Source: the human T2T-CHM13v2.0 reference genome, Homo sapiens. From it: a stretch of 64,000 nucleotides of DNA. The stretch lies in NCBI RefSeq assembly GCF_009914755.1, contig NC_060931.1. One strand, 5' to 3'. Every line of letters starts with the position of its first letter. Within the stretch, counting starts at the first letter, position 1. This document shows, piece by piece, positions 15,802 to 29,457 of the stretch. The notes beneath the pieces are model-generated. The model was not told the origin of the DNA. It saw only the letters and a list, made by a program, of their open reading frames with translations, and made no database searches. A program made the position numbers and the translations under genes.

Positions 15802-16323
15802 CTTTCTGTATTCCTCAATAGACTGAATGTTCTGGACAAGCTGCTAAGTTATCTATTGTATCCATCATTGTTTTTCCAGAGCCCAGCACATAAAGGTTTT
15901 TATAAGTGTATAAATCAAGTCTTTAACTCCAACCAGAACATGAGTCTGTAGGTCTTTCTTTATTATCTTTAAGTAGTAACCAAATAAATTTAGAACATGG
16001 AGTTTAGATGAGTGAGGCTTCTCTAAGTTTTGCTGTAGCATATATTTTGAATAATAGAAATTCACTCTGAAATGCAGAATAGGAGAAAACAACTGACCAA
16101 GAAAGATCTGGAATATTTCGAAGATATCATACTCCATATAAAATGACTGAACAAGGTTATCAAAATTATTTCTGATACTGATAACCCACATTAAGGACTC
16201 AATTTTAATAACTTTATCATGTAATCTATTCATAGGAAGCCCAATGAGCTCAATACATGCCCTTTGGTAAGTCTACATTTTATTACACCACATTTCCAAG
16301 CACATTACCTGAGGTTCCATATT
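15802..16323 (-). pseudogene. DHC-like pseudo-exon (AAA1 lid end to AAA2 Walker A)
   Basis: Contains the 122-aa ORF ESLMWVISIRNNFDNLVQSFYMEYDIFEIFQIFLGQLFS...YYSKYMLQQNL...LKIIKKDLQTHVLVG. Canonical: E...LRALRD.NLPKF..ED..LF.GI..DLFP....Y..L.......KIIQLYE....RH.V.LVG. After a frameshift, GSGKT lies at 15869-15883. Donor aag|gtgaat; acceptor ttttatatag is less certain. Confidence 0.75.
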
Positions 16324-17909
16324 CTATATAAAATTGCTTTGTTGAATGGAAAAGAGTTATCACTTTTGATTAATATTTCATCAGAAGAACTTAGTTTTCT
16401 AGGTTCAGATATCATAAAGCATGATCATGTTTAACAATAAGAACTCAAAATTTCTTCTCCCCAGTAACACATCAATATCTCTTTAGCCTAAGTTCAACTG
16501 GGAATGGTCCTAATGTCTTACATGGAACATACTAATCTGTACTAACTCTTTATCATCTTTCCTATTTCCTGAGTCACAGTGGTATTTCTACCTGTTGGGC
16601 ATATGCATTTTTAATCATGTTTTCATTGTGCTATTTTCTGCTATTCTCTAAATTATCCTTTGTATTTAATCCTTTGCTGCTTTATTCCCTGGAGTCTGTT
16701 TGGTTGTACAAAATCTCTTGGCCTAGGTTTTTTGTTTGTTCGTTAACCTCGTACCAAGTACTTCACCATCTGACCTTCCCTCTCTATTATCTACCAATCA
16801 CACTAAGGTCCAAAATATAACATTTTCATTCTTAAGTAAGAATGTGTTATTTTTTATATAAAAACTAACAGGCAAGGCACAACAATTAACACATATTTTC
16901 CTGGTTCATGACCATTCAAATTTCAGATTTGCTTCTTTCCATGAATATTAAATAGTTCTGGTTACTAGTGGTTTTTTTTTTTTTTTTTTTTGGAGTATTG
17001 TGGTGTTAAATATTTCATGGTGACAAGGCAAAAATAAGATGTACCATTAAATACAGGGCTGGCTGTATTAGCACCAACTAGCTCCTCTTCATAATGGTTA
17101 CATGTGTTATTTCACAATACATGGAAATGAAAAATCTTTCATTGTGTACTTCTGTGTGAGCAATGGCAACGTTCCAGTCTTTGCCATATTTATCTACTCA
17201 ATTACACAGTTTTCATCCACTCATGGCTTGACAGAACATCAGGTATACTTTTTCTTCAGCCTTTTAATAAAGCCATATCATAATATTGGTATTATTAAAA
17301 GTAAAATAAATTTAAATATCTGGAAATATAAAATCTATATATAGTCAAGTCAATGTTCACATATTATACATTTTTTACTGAAAATTATATTATACATTTT
17401 TTACTGAAAATGATAGAAAAGTATATGTTCATGCTTTTTTCTAGTCCCCTTTCCTGTAACACACACACAGACACACACACCCAACCTGTCTTTGCAGCTT
17501 TTACTTTTCAGCATCTATAGCCTGTGTACTCCAGCAGTTTAAAATCTTTCTCTTTGCACAGCAGATAAAAACCACATTGAAGCTGTTAACCTTATAAATC
17601 CCCAAAGCGTTTACTGTAGGGTATGTGGACATAGCTTTTGACAGGAATAGAATTTCAACAATGCAACCCAGTGATATGAGGTATTCTCACAAATACTACC
17701 TGCAAGGCCAAATCATTCTGTCATCAAACGTTTACATTTAACATACAAAATGAATGAGTGTGGTTGTCAGTTGGCTATGACTTTTTTTAAAAGGTACATA
17801 ATGGCCCACACAGCTTGGGTTCTTTAGGGTGGATAGAACTTAGCTCTTCAAGTTTTAGGAAGACATGCCCAATCCGTTAGAGTGTGCTGGGTCTCTATGG
17901 TTCATTGTC

Positions 17910-18074
17910 TGTCCTATTGCAATCCTTCTTATTTAATCTTCTCTAGTCTTACCAGATCAAACCATCTAAATGTTTTTACATCTTCAACTGTTTGTTTTGT
18001 TATCGACTAGAAAGCTCTTCTCAATAACACTCATGGTTTGCTCTCACTTCCTTATGATCTGTGCCCTAGAAACT
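17910..18074. repeat. 165-bp inverted duplicate of 18665-18829
   Basis: Direct reverse-complement comparison gives about 6 mismatches in 165 bp. Confidence 0.95.
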
Positions 18075-18384
18075 CTGGGGTGGTGTGGCAGAGATATTTT
18101 CTCTGCTGTGGTGAGGCAGAGATATTTTTCTGCATCATCGATTGTATTTCCTATACTATCACCACCTGGAAGTGAAGAAAGAGAAGGTAAGCACATCTAT
18201 AATTTCTTTGTCTCATGTAATACATGCACCATGTCCACAGAATCATAAAACATTAAGGTATAAGTACATCTAAAGATTAGGAAGCCTGTACTCTTACTCC
18301 TATGTTAGACTGGAATCTGCTCTGACAGTTTTCGCTAATTAGTGAGTTTATTCATCTATGATTTCAGCAAAACAAGATCAAAAA

Positions 18385-20000
18385 GTTCATTTATTTATTT
18401 ATTCATTCATTAATTGAATATTTATTCAGTGATATACTCCACAGACAGAACACAAAAGTGAAAAGTTAAAATCCTTGCTCTTATTACCTTTGGATTATCA
18501 TGGAAGGAGAGAGACAAAATAAAAAAAAATTAAGTAAAAAGACATGATGTTAGATATTGGTAAGAACTATGAATGAAAACAAAGCAAGCTACAGAGAAGG
18601 GCATTGTTAAATAGAATGGGGAGCTCAATTTTAAATAAGATCATGGTAAAGGCCTCACTGAGGAAGTTTCTGGGGCACACATCATAAGGAAGTGAGAGCA
18701 AACCATGAGTGTTATTAAGAAGAGCTTTCTAGTCGATAACAAAACAAACAGCTGAAGATGTAAAAACGTTTAGATGGTATGATCTGGTAAGACTAGAGAA
18801 GATTAAATAAGAAGGATTGCAATAGGACATGAAGTTAGGTAATGTTGGAAGGGAAAGGTATAGATGTTGAAAGACTTTCTGGACTATTTCAATAAATTTT
18901 GCTTCTTTGAATGATATGGGAAGACGTTAATGTCCTTTGGAGCACAAAACTGACATTGGACAGATATTTCAAAAGATATATAGCTAGATAGAATCAAAAT
19001 AGATTAATAAATTATAGCTAGCTAGATATATAGATAAATAGAAAGTATTTTCATCAATGCTGGGTAAAAAGTATATAATGAGGGTCATTATTGTAAGTAC
19101 AAGACAAAATTAGGCCATTGCAATTATCTACAGTAGGAATGATGTTGGCTTAAAATCATGTTGCTCTGTTGGAGATAGTAAACTGTTAGCTAAATTTTGA
19201 CTATATTTTATTTTTTTTTTCAGTGAAGAATTCTTTATCTTCATTTAATGAATTTTGACCACATTTTAAAAGTAAATCTGATAGGATTTGGCACCAAATT
19301 GAAAGTTGGTTACAAAGAAGAAGAAATGATGATAAAAAGACTTCTAGCCTAAGCAGCTAGAAGGATGGCTTAGCTATAATCAAGATGGAAAATATTTCAA
19401 GAAAAGAAAGTCTTGGTGGATACAAGTCTTATTTGAAGAAAAGTAAGTGGAAGATGCATTTTGAATATTCAGGTAAAGATATTGAGTAGGTGGTATTGTG
19501 CAGGTGTGGAATTTAGGGATTTGGGAGAGAAGACCAAGCTGGAGAAATATTTTTATAGGTTATTGACATGTATATAATATTTAAAGCCATGATTGTCAAG
19601 GAGTGGATTTATATGAGGGTATAAATTGTCCTCTGTGCCCAGAGATTCTACAATATTGAGGTGTCAGAAAGCTAAAACAGGGTAGCTATTGACAAAATAG
19701 GAAAACCACCATGAGAGTGAAGTGTCCTGCAAAGTAATCGAAGAAGTACTTTGAGGAAGTGGGAATGATCACTGCATAAAATCATGATGATATATAAACA
19801 TTGATTAAAACTGAGGATTGCTATTGGGTTTAGAATTGTAAAAATTACTGGTGATTTTGATGGAAGTAGTTGGCAGTTGAATTCTCATTGTAATATCTTC
19901 AAGGAAAATAGGAAAAGAAATGCAAATAGTTCATTTAAAAAACTGTTTTAAGCTGATTTCCAGTTGAAAAGGGTAGAGAAAAAGGGTGATAGCTGGAAAG
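18385..20000 (-). mobile_element. L2 (L2a-like) 3' portion
   Basis: Begins with the reverse L2 tail (ttcattcattaattgaatatttatt), followed by purine-rich L2 antisense sequence. Confidence 0.7.
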
Positions 20001-22055
20001 AAAAGGGAAAGGGACCAAAAGTTATGTGCGTGTGTGTGTATTTTAGGACAGAAAATATCAGGGACAGAAAGAGCCAGATGAAGGAATAAGATTCTCTGGA
20101 GTTATCCAGCTACAGAAACATCAATTTGAACAACTTGAATGAAGGTATCCACACATACTCTCACAAGAGGTAAGGATACCAGACAAAAGGTCATTGTACC
20201 TGGTTGCAGTAAAATTATAAGAAAAGATGCATTGAAGAGTGTAGGAAGGGCAGTTTTGCATTACCTGTGTCACCTTTACCCCAAGCCCAGGAAGCACAGT
20301 GCAGGGAGATACTGTCGACTTGGAGGAACAAAAGGCAAGTGAGCACAGGACTTTACCTGGTACCCTACCACTGGGCCCACCAGCACCAGGAATATTTCCA
20401 TGCCTCATATGATTTAAGCAGCTGGTATCTGCTTTCTGAGCTTCTATATCCACCCTGGTGCCAGGCAGAACCACACTACTTCAGGTTTCAGGGTTGCATT
20501 ATGAAGTTGATCTCAAGCTCATACCACTTCCGGGCCATTGTAAGCAGCGCCAGGCTCCAGAAAGCCCTTAGCAGGAGGCAGGCCTCAATGGCCCCTGACT
20601 TCAGGTGTGCCCCAGCACTGTGCTGGCCACATCTTCCATGGGCTTCTGGCCTACCCCAGCACCCTGCCTCCCACAAGGCTTTCTCAGACAAAGCCAATCT
20701 GCAAAGACTGGAGTAAGTAACTAACTTCTTCAAATGTATAGATGTTGACACATGAATACAGGGATGAATAACACTTGTGGAAACATAACATAACAGAAAA
20801 GACAAAATAAGGGGCCACTGGTTGACCCTAAAAAACTGGAAATGCATAAACTGCCTGACAAAAATTCAAAACAACTGTTTTATGGAAGCTCAGCAAACTT
20901 AAAGAAAATATGGAGAAACAATTCAATGAAATGAGGAAAATAATAAGTGACCAGAATGAGAAATATGATACAGAGATTGAAATATAAAAGAAATCAAAAA
21001 GAAACCCTGGAGGTAAAATTACAACGAATAAAATAAAAACTGTAACAGAAAGCATCAATAGCAGACATAATCAGGCAAGGGAAAGAACTGTAAACTCTGA
21101 GACAGGTTATTTGAAAATATACGGGCAGAAGAGAAAAAAGCAAAAAAAAGATAAAGAATGCTTACAGAAATGATGGAATAGCATCAAAAGATTAAATTTT
21201 CAAGTCATGAAGTTTCAATAAAAAAAAAGAGATAAAGGAGTAGAAAGCTTATTTAAAGAAATAGTAGCAGAAAACTTTCTAAACCTGGTGAAAGGGATAA
21301 ACATCTATGTATATGAAGGGCAAATACTGCCAATCAGATTTAATAGAAATAAGACTATTCAAAGACATATTCAAACTGTCCAAAGTTAAAGACAAGAGAG
21401 AATCCTTAAAGAAACAAAAGAAATAAAGCAAAGTATATGTTAAGAAGTTCCAATATGCGTACCGGCACACTTCACAGCAGAAACCTTAGAGGCCAGGAGG
21501 AAGAAAAGCTGAAAGCTTATCTTCAAAGATATGGAACAAAACAAGAATGCCCACTCTCACTACTTCTATTCAACATAGCACTAGAGTGCAAGTCAGGCAA
21601 TTAGGCAAGAGAAAAAAATAAAAGGCATCCAATTGGAGAAAAAGGAATTTAAATTGTCCCTATTAAATTGTCAAAGTGCTGAGGAAAAAAAAAAAAAAAC
21701 ACTTTAAACCAAGAATGCTGCACCCAGCCAAACTGGTCTTAATAAATGAAGATGAGATAAAGACTTTTCCAGGCAAACCAAAACTGAGGGAGTTTATTAC
21801 CACCAACCTGATTGAAATGAAATTCTGAAGGGAGTTCTTCAAATTGAAAGAAAGGATGTGAGTGAGTAACATGAAAACATGTGAAAGTATTAAACTTAAA
21901 TTGACTCTTTAAACTCAGAATACTTTAATACTGTAATAGTGGTGTGTAAATCACATATGTCTTCAGTATAAAGGTTAAAAGACAAAACCATTATAAAAAT
22001 CATAGCTACAATAATTTGTTAAGGGATATATAGCATAAAAGGCAGTAAATTATAA

Positions 22056-24759
<2,704 letters not shown>

Positions 24760-25423
24760 TAAAAATAACCTGTCGTAACTATAAGGTTTTTTGTAAACTT
24801 CATGTTGAGCACAAAACAAAACTTACAGTACATATGTGCAAAAACCGGCTAATAATCTAAACATATCACCAGAGAAAATTATTTAACTCGAAGAAAGATA
24901 TTAAGAGAAGAAAAAAACAAAACATCTACAAAACATCTAAACACAATAAATAAAATGGCAGAAGTATGTCCTTACCTACCAATCATTACTCTAAATGTAA
25001 ATGGATTAAATTCTCCAAACAAAAGACATAGAGTCGAATAACATGGAAGAGACAAATTTCTGGACATAAACAATATATCAAGATTGAATTATGATAAAAA
25101 TTAAAAACCTGAATACACTAATAAGGAGATTGAATCAGTAATATAAAGCCTACTATCAAAGAAGTGTAAAACATAATGGTTTGACTGCTGCCAAACATTT
25201 TAAAATATATATATTAGTTATTCTCAAACTGATACAAAAATTGAAGACAAAGAAACACTTTCAAACTCATTTTCATAATGCCAAGATTACCCTGATAGCA
25301 AAACCAGACAAGGACACAACACAAAAAGAAAACTGAAGGCCAATATCTCTGATGAACATAGATGCAAAAATTTGCAACAAAATACTAGCTGATGTAATTC
25401 AACAGCCTATTAAAAAATTATTC

Positions 25424-25460
25424 ATTGCTTCTTGGTCTTTGTCTATGATCAAGTGTAGTA
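25424..25460 (+). pseudogene. U2 snRNA 5' fragment (3'-truncated retropseudogene)
   Basis: attgcttcttggtctttgtctatgatcaagtgtagta versus U2 nt 1-38 ATCGCTTCTCGGCCTTTTGGCTAAGATCAAGTGTAGTA. Two of the differences are CpG decay. Confidence 0.85.
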
Positions 25461-25937
25461 AAAGTTCATTAATCAAGATCAAGTGGGATTTATCCCAGGG
25501 ATGTAAGAATTATTGAGCATACCTAAGTCAATAAACATAATATATTACATTCACATAACAAAGGACAAAACAATACAATTACCTGGATATATGAAGAAAA
25601 AGTATGTTACAAAACTCAACATTCATGACAAAAACTCTCAACAAATTAGGTATAGAAGGAATGTACCTGAACATAATTAAGGTAATGTATTACAAACCAA
25701 TAGCTATCATCATTCTTAATGGGGGAAAAGTTGAAAGCTTTTCTTCTAAGATCTGGACCAAGAAAAGAATGCCCACTCTCACCACCTCTATTCAACCTAG
25801 TACTAGAGTCCAAGTCAGGCAATTAGGCAACAGAAAAAAATAAAAGGCATCCAAATGGAAGAAAAAAAAAAAAAGAAGTTAAATTGTCTGTGTTTGCAGA
25901 CAGTATGACTTTATACATAGAAACCCCCTTACAAACA

Positions 25938-26138
25938 ATGAGAAACCCTGTCTCTACTAAAAATACAAAATTATCCGGGCATGGTGGTACATGCCTGTAA
26001 TCTCAGGTCCTCAAGAGACTGAGGCAGAAGAATAGCTTGAACTCCGGAGGCGGAGGTTGCGGTGAGCTGAGATCATGCCATTGCACTCCAGCCTGGGCAA
26101 CAAGAGTGAAACTCTGTCACAAAACAGGAACAAAAACA
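25938..26138 (+). mobile_element. 5'-truncated AluSp-like element
   Basis: Right arm with ggttgcggtgag and caacaagagtgaaac diagnostics. Confidence 0.9.
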
Positions 26139-27249
26139 GCTAAAGATTTGACCAAAAAAACCTATTAGAACTAATAAACAAATTCAGTAAAGTTTCAGGG
26201 TACAAATTCCAAAATAACAATCAATAGTGTTTCTATACACTAACCTCAAGCTATCTTTAAAAAATCAAGAAAACAATCACATTTACAATAGGTACAAAAA
26301 TAATTAGGAATAAATTTAACCAAGGAGGTGACCTCTACACAGAAAACTATAAATCGTTGATGAAAGACAATGAGGAAAACACAAAAAATGGGAATACATC
26401 TGTGTTCATGGACTGAACAAATTAATATTGTTAAACTGTGCTAGCCAATACAATCTACAGATTCAACTCAATTCCTATCAAAACACTAGTGACCTTCTTC
26501 ACAGAAATAGAAAAAAAATTCCTAAAATTAGTATGGAACCACAAAAGACCCTGAATAATCAAAGCAATCTTGAGTAAAATAAACAAAGATGGAAGTGTCA
26601 CACTGCCTGACTTCAAAATATATTACAAAGATATAGTAAAAAAGCAGCAAACTACTGGCATGGAAACAGACACATAGACCAATTGAACTGAATGGAGAGC
26701 CCAGAAATAAATCTATACATTTAAAGCCAGCTGTTTTATGACAAAGGTGCTAAGAATACATAATAGGGAAAGAACAGTCTCTTCAATAATTGGTATTGGG
26801 AGAACTGGATATCCACATGCAGAGGAATGAAATTAGACCCCTTTCCCACACTATATAAAAATTTCAACTCAACAAAAAGACTTAAATGTAAGACCTGAAA
26901 CTATGAAACTACTATAAGAAAACTTAGGGGAAAAGTTACATGACATTGGAGTAGGGAATGAATTTTTTGATAAGATCCCCAAAACACAGGCAATAAGAGC
27001 CAAAATACACAAATAGTATTACACCAAACTAAAAAGCTTCCATACAGCAATAAATAAATAAATAATACATAAATAGCAGAGTAAAGAGATAATCTACAGA
27101 ATGGGAGAAGATAGTTATAAACTACATTTGACAAGGGGTTAGTATCCAAAATACATGAGGAACCCAAACAACACAATAGCAGGAAAGCAGATTACATAAT
27201 TTAAAAATTGGCAAAGTAAATGAATAGAAATCTCTCAAAAGAAGACATA

Positions 27250-27415
27250 TAGTAAGATAGAAGGAATAAATTTAATGTTTGATAGCAGAGCAGGGTAATT
27301 ATGCTTAAGGAACATGTTTTGTACTTGGATGATAAACATCCTAGGTACTCTGACTTAATCATTACACCTGAAATACATGTAACACAATCTCACATGTAGC
27401 CCATAAACTTGTACA
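27250..27415 (+). mobile_element. Short L1MA/PB-type 3'-end insertion
   Basis: L1 3'UTR fragment flanked by 14-bp TSD caaaagaagacata (27236-27249 and 27416-27429). Confidence 0.85.
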
Positions 27416-29076
27416 CAAAAGAAGACATAAAAATGGCCAATAGATATAGAAAAAATGTAATTTCTAATAATCAGGAAAATGCAAATTAAAAACACAAAGA
27501 GTGATTATCTCATACTTTTTACAATGGCTATTATCCAAAAGACAAAAGGTAAACTTTGTTGGTGAGGATGCTATTAGTGAGAATGTAAATTAGGATAGCC
27601 TTTATAGAAAACTGTATAGAGTTTCTTCTAAGTATTAAAATTACCATGTGACCTACCAATCTAATTATTAGTTATATAATCATAGGAAATGAAATCAGTA
27701 TACCTTAAAGATATCTATCCTCCCATATTTATCATAAGATTATTCACAGTAGCAAAACTACAGGATTTAACTGTTTATCAACAGATGAATCCCTAAAGAA
27801 CATGTAGTATATACACATTGGAATGCTACTCAGCCATAGAAAAAAGAAAAACCTGTAATTTATAATAACATCAATGAACCTAGAGGACATTATACTAAGT
27901 GAAATAGACCAGGCACAGAAAGACAAATGCCATGTATCTCACTCATATTTGGAATCTAAAAAAGTAGATCTCACCGAAGCAGACAGTAAAACGGTGGTTA
28001 CTGGAGCTTGGGTGGCTGGGAAGGTGGGTTGGAGAGATGTTGGACAAATGTTATCAAATTAAAGTTAAGTAGGAGAAATAAGTTCAACAGATCTACTGTA
28101 ACGTGGCAATAATAGTTCACAGCGTATTGTGGAAATACATTGAGAAATGCTAAGAGAGTTAATTATAAAGTATTCTCACAACAAAATAGTAATTATGTGA
28201 GGTCATGCACATATTAATTAGAATTAGTCATTTTACAATGTATATATACTTCAAAACATCATGTTGTACCTGGTAAATACATAAAATTTTATCTGTCTAT
28301 TTAAAATAAAGAAAGAAAAAAGAAAAAAAAAAGTAAGCATATTGCAAGTTTGTTGCCCTCTGTGGAAATGGTACCATGTTAAATTCATATCAATCTATTT
28401 TAATGAGTTTTGACTTTTACATTTTAATTATCCATTAAACTTTCTCATCAACTCTGTTATAATATTCTTAAAATTGAGAACATTGTTCAGTGACTTTCCT
28501 ACTCCTGCCAAACCATCAAAAACAATTCTGAAATTCAAACCTCACTTCTATTGGAGTATGGTAGAGTCAATAAAAATACAAATGTCTTCCTAAATTTCGC
28601 AAGTTAATGCAGTTATTTTTCCTAAATTCAGAGATATAAATTTCATTTTCTACATCTCAATACTTAAACATTAAAGTTTACATAATATGGGATATGTGTG
28701 CTGCTTTTAATTTTTTTTCCTTCTAGTGTTAACAAATCTTACTCTTTTACGATATAGAAGAGGTATTTCAATTGAAATTACTGACTTTAGTCACATTTTA
28801 AAATGTGGATCCACAGTTACATTAAACAAGTTATTTGTACTTATTTTCGTTTCAATTTAACACAAAAGAAATACTTCTGAGATAATGACTACTCTGTACA
28901 TATATTTAAATGGTCTTCTGGGGTACAATAAGGACTAAAATCAAAGATTAAATCACACAAATAGGTTTTTAGAAATTTGAAATGTCAACTGTATTTGTCA
29001 ACTATGGTCACAAAAAATACTTCATAACAAATCACTTATTACTGTGTGTATCTAGTATATCCATGAGAGGTAGAAA

Positions 29077-29299
29077 AAGTAGTCTCAACACTTTGGCACC
29101 AAGGACCAGTTTCGCGGAAGACAATTTTTCCACGGACGGGGAAGGGATGGCTCATAAGGAGCAGGCAACCAAGATCATTTGCATGCACAGCTAACAATGA
29201 TAGGGTGAGTGCTCCTGTGAGAATCTAATGCCACCACTGTGTGGCCCAGTTCCTAACAGGCCATGGACGGGTCTGCAGCCCAGGGATTATGGACCCCTG
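29077..29299 (+). mobile_element. MER1B-like hAT-Charlie element (internally deleted)
   Basis: ttggcaccaaggaccagtttcgcggaagacaatttttccacggac...ggacccctg. Confidence 0.85.
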
Positions 29300-29422
29300 C
29301 AATGTATCGGTAGTGGGCAGGACTACAAAGTTGCTTGGCAGACAGAGTAGATAAAGAGAGTTGGGAAAAATTGGGAACAATGTTGCAATCCACTTTGTTT
29401 CTACCCTGCTATTTCTGTTTGC

Positions 29423-29456
<34 letters not shown>
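29423..29456. repeat. (TTG)n microsatellite
   Basis: About 11 units seen directly. Confidence 0.95.

Positions 29457-29457
<1 letters not shown>

Noticed and set aside
15865-16233. Resemblance of YTLIKTFMCWALEK to Mab-21/cGAS, and of YKNLYVLGSGKT to the Schlafen helicase P-loop
   Set aside because: Single short motifs. The dynein reading explains this and many other segments in collinear order.
16236-16266. Plus-strand 31-nt micro-exon (catag...ttg|gtaagt)
   Set aside because: Weak acceptor, no partner exons, and antisense to the pseudo-exon.
17361-17411. 26-bp direct repeat (and the 56164 minisatellite) as a CRISPR-like array
   Set aside because: Simple tandem duplications without spacers in primate DNA.
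18070-18187. Plus-strand exon-like segment ending gaag|gtaagc
   Set aside because: The acceptor lies in the inverted duplication and no recognisable product results. A lncRNA exon cannot be excluded but is unsupported.
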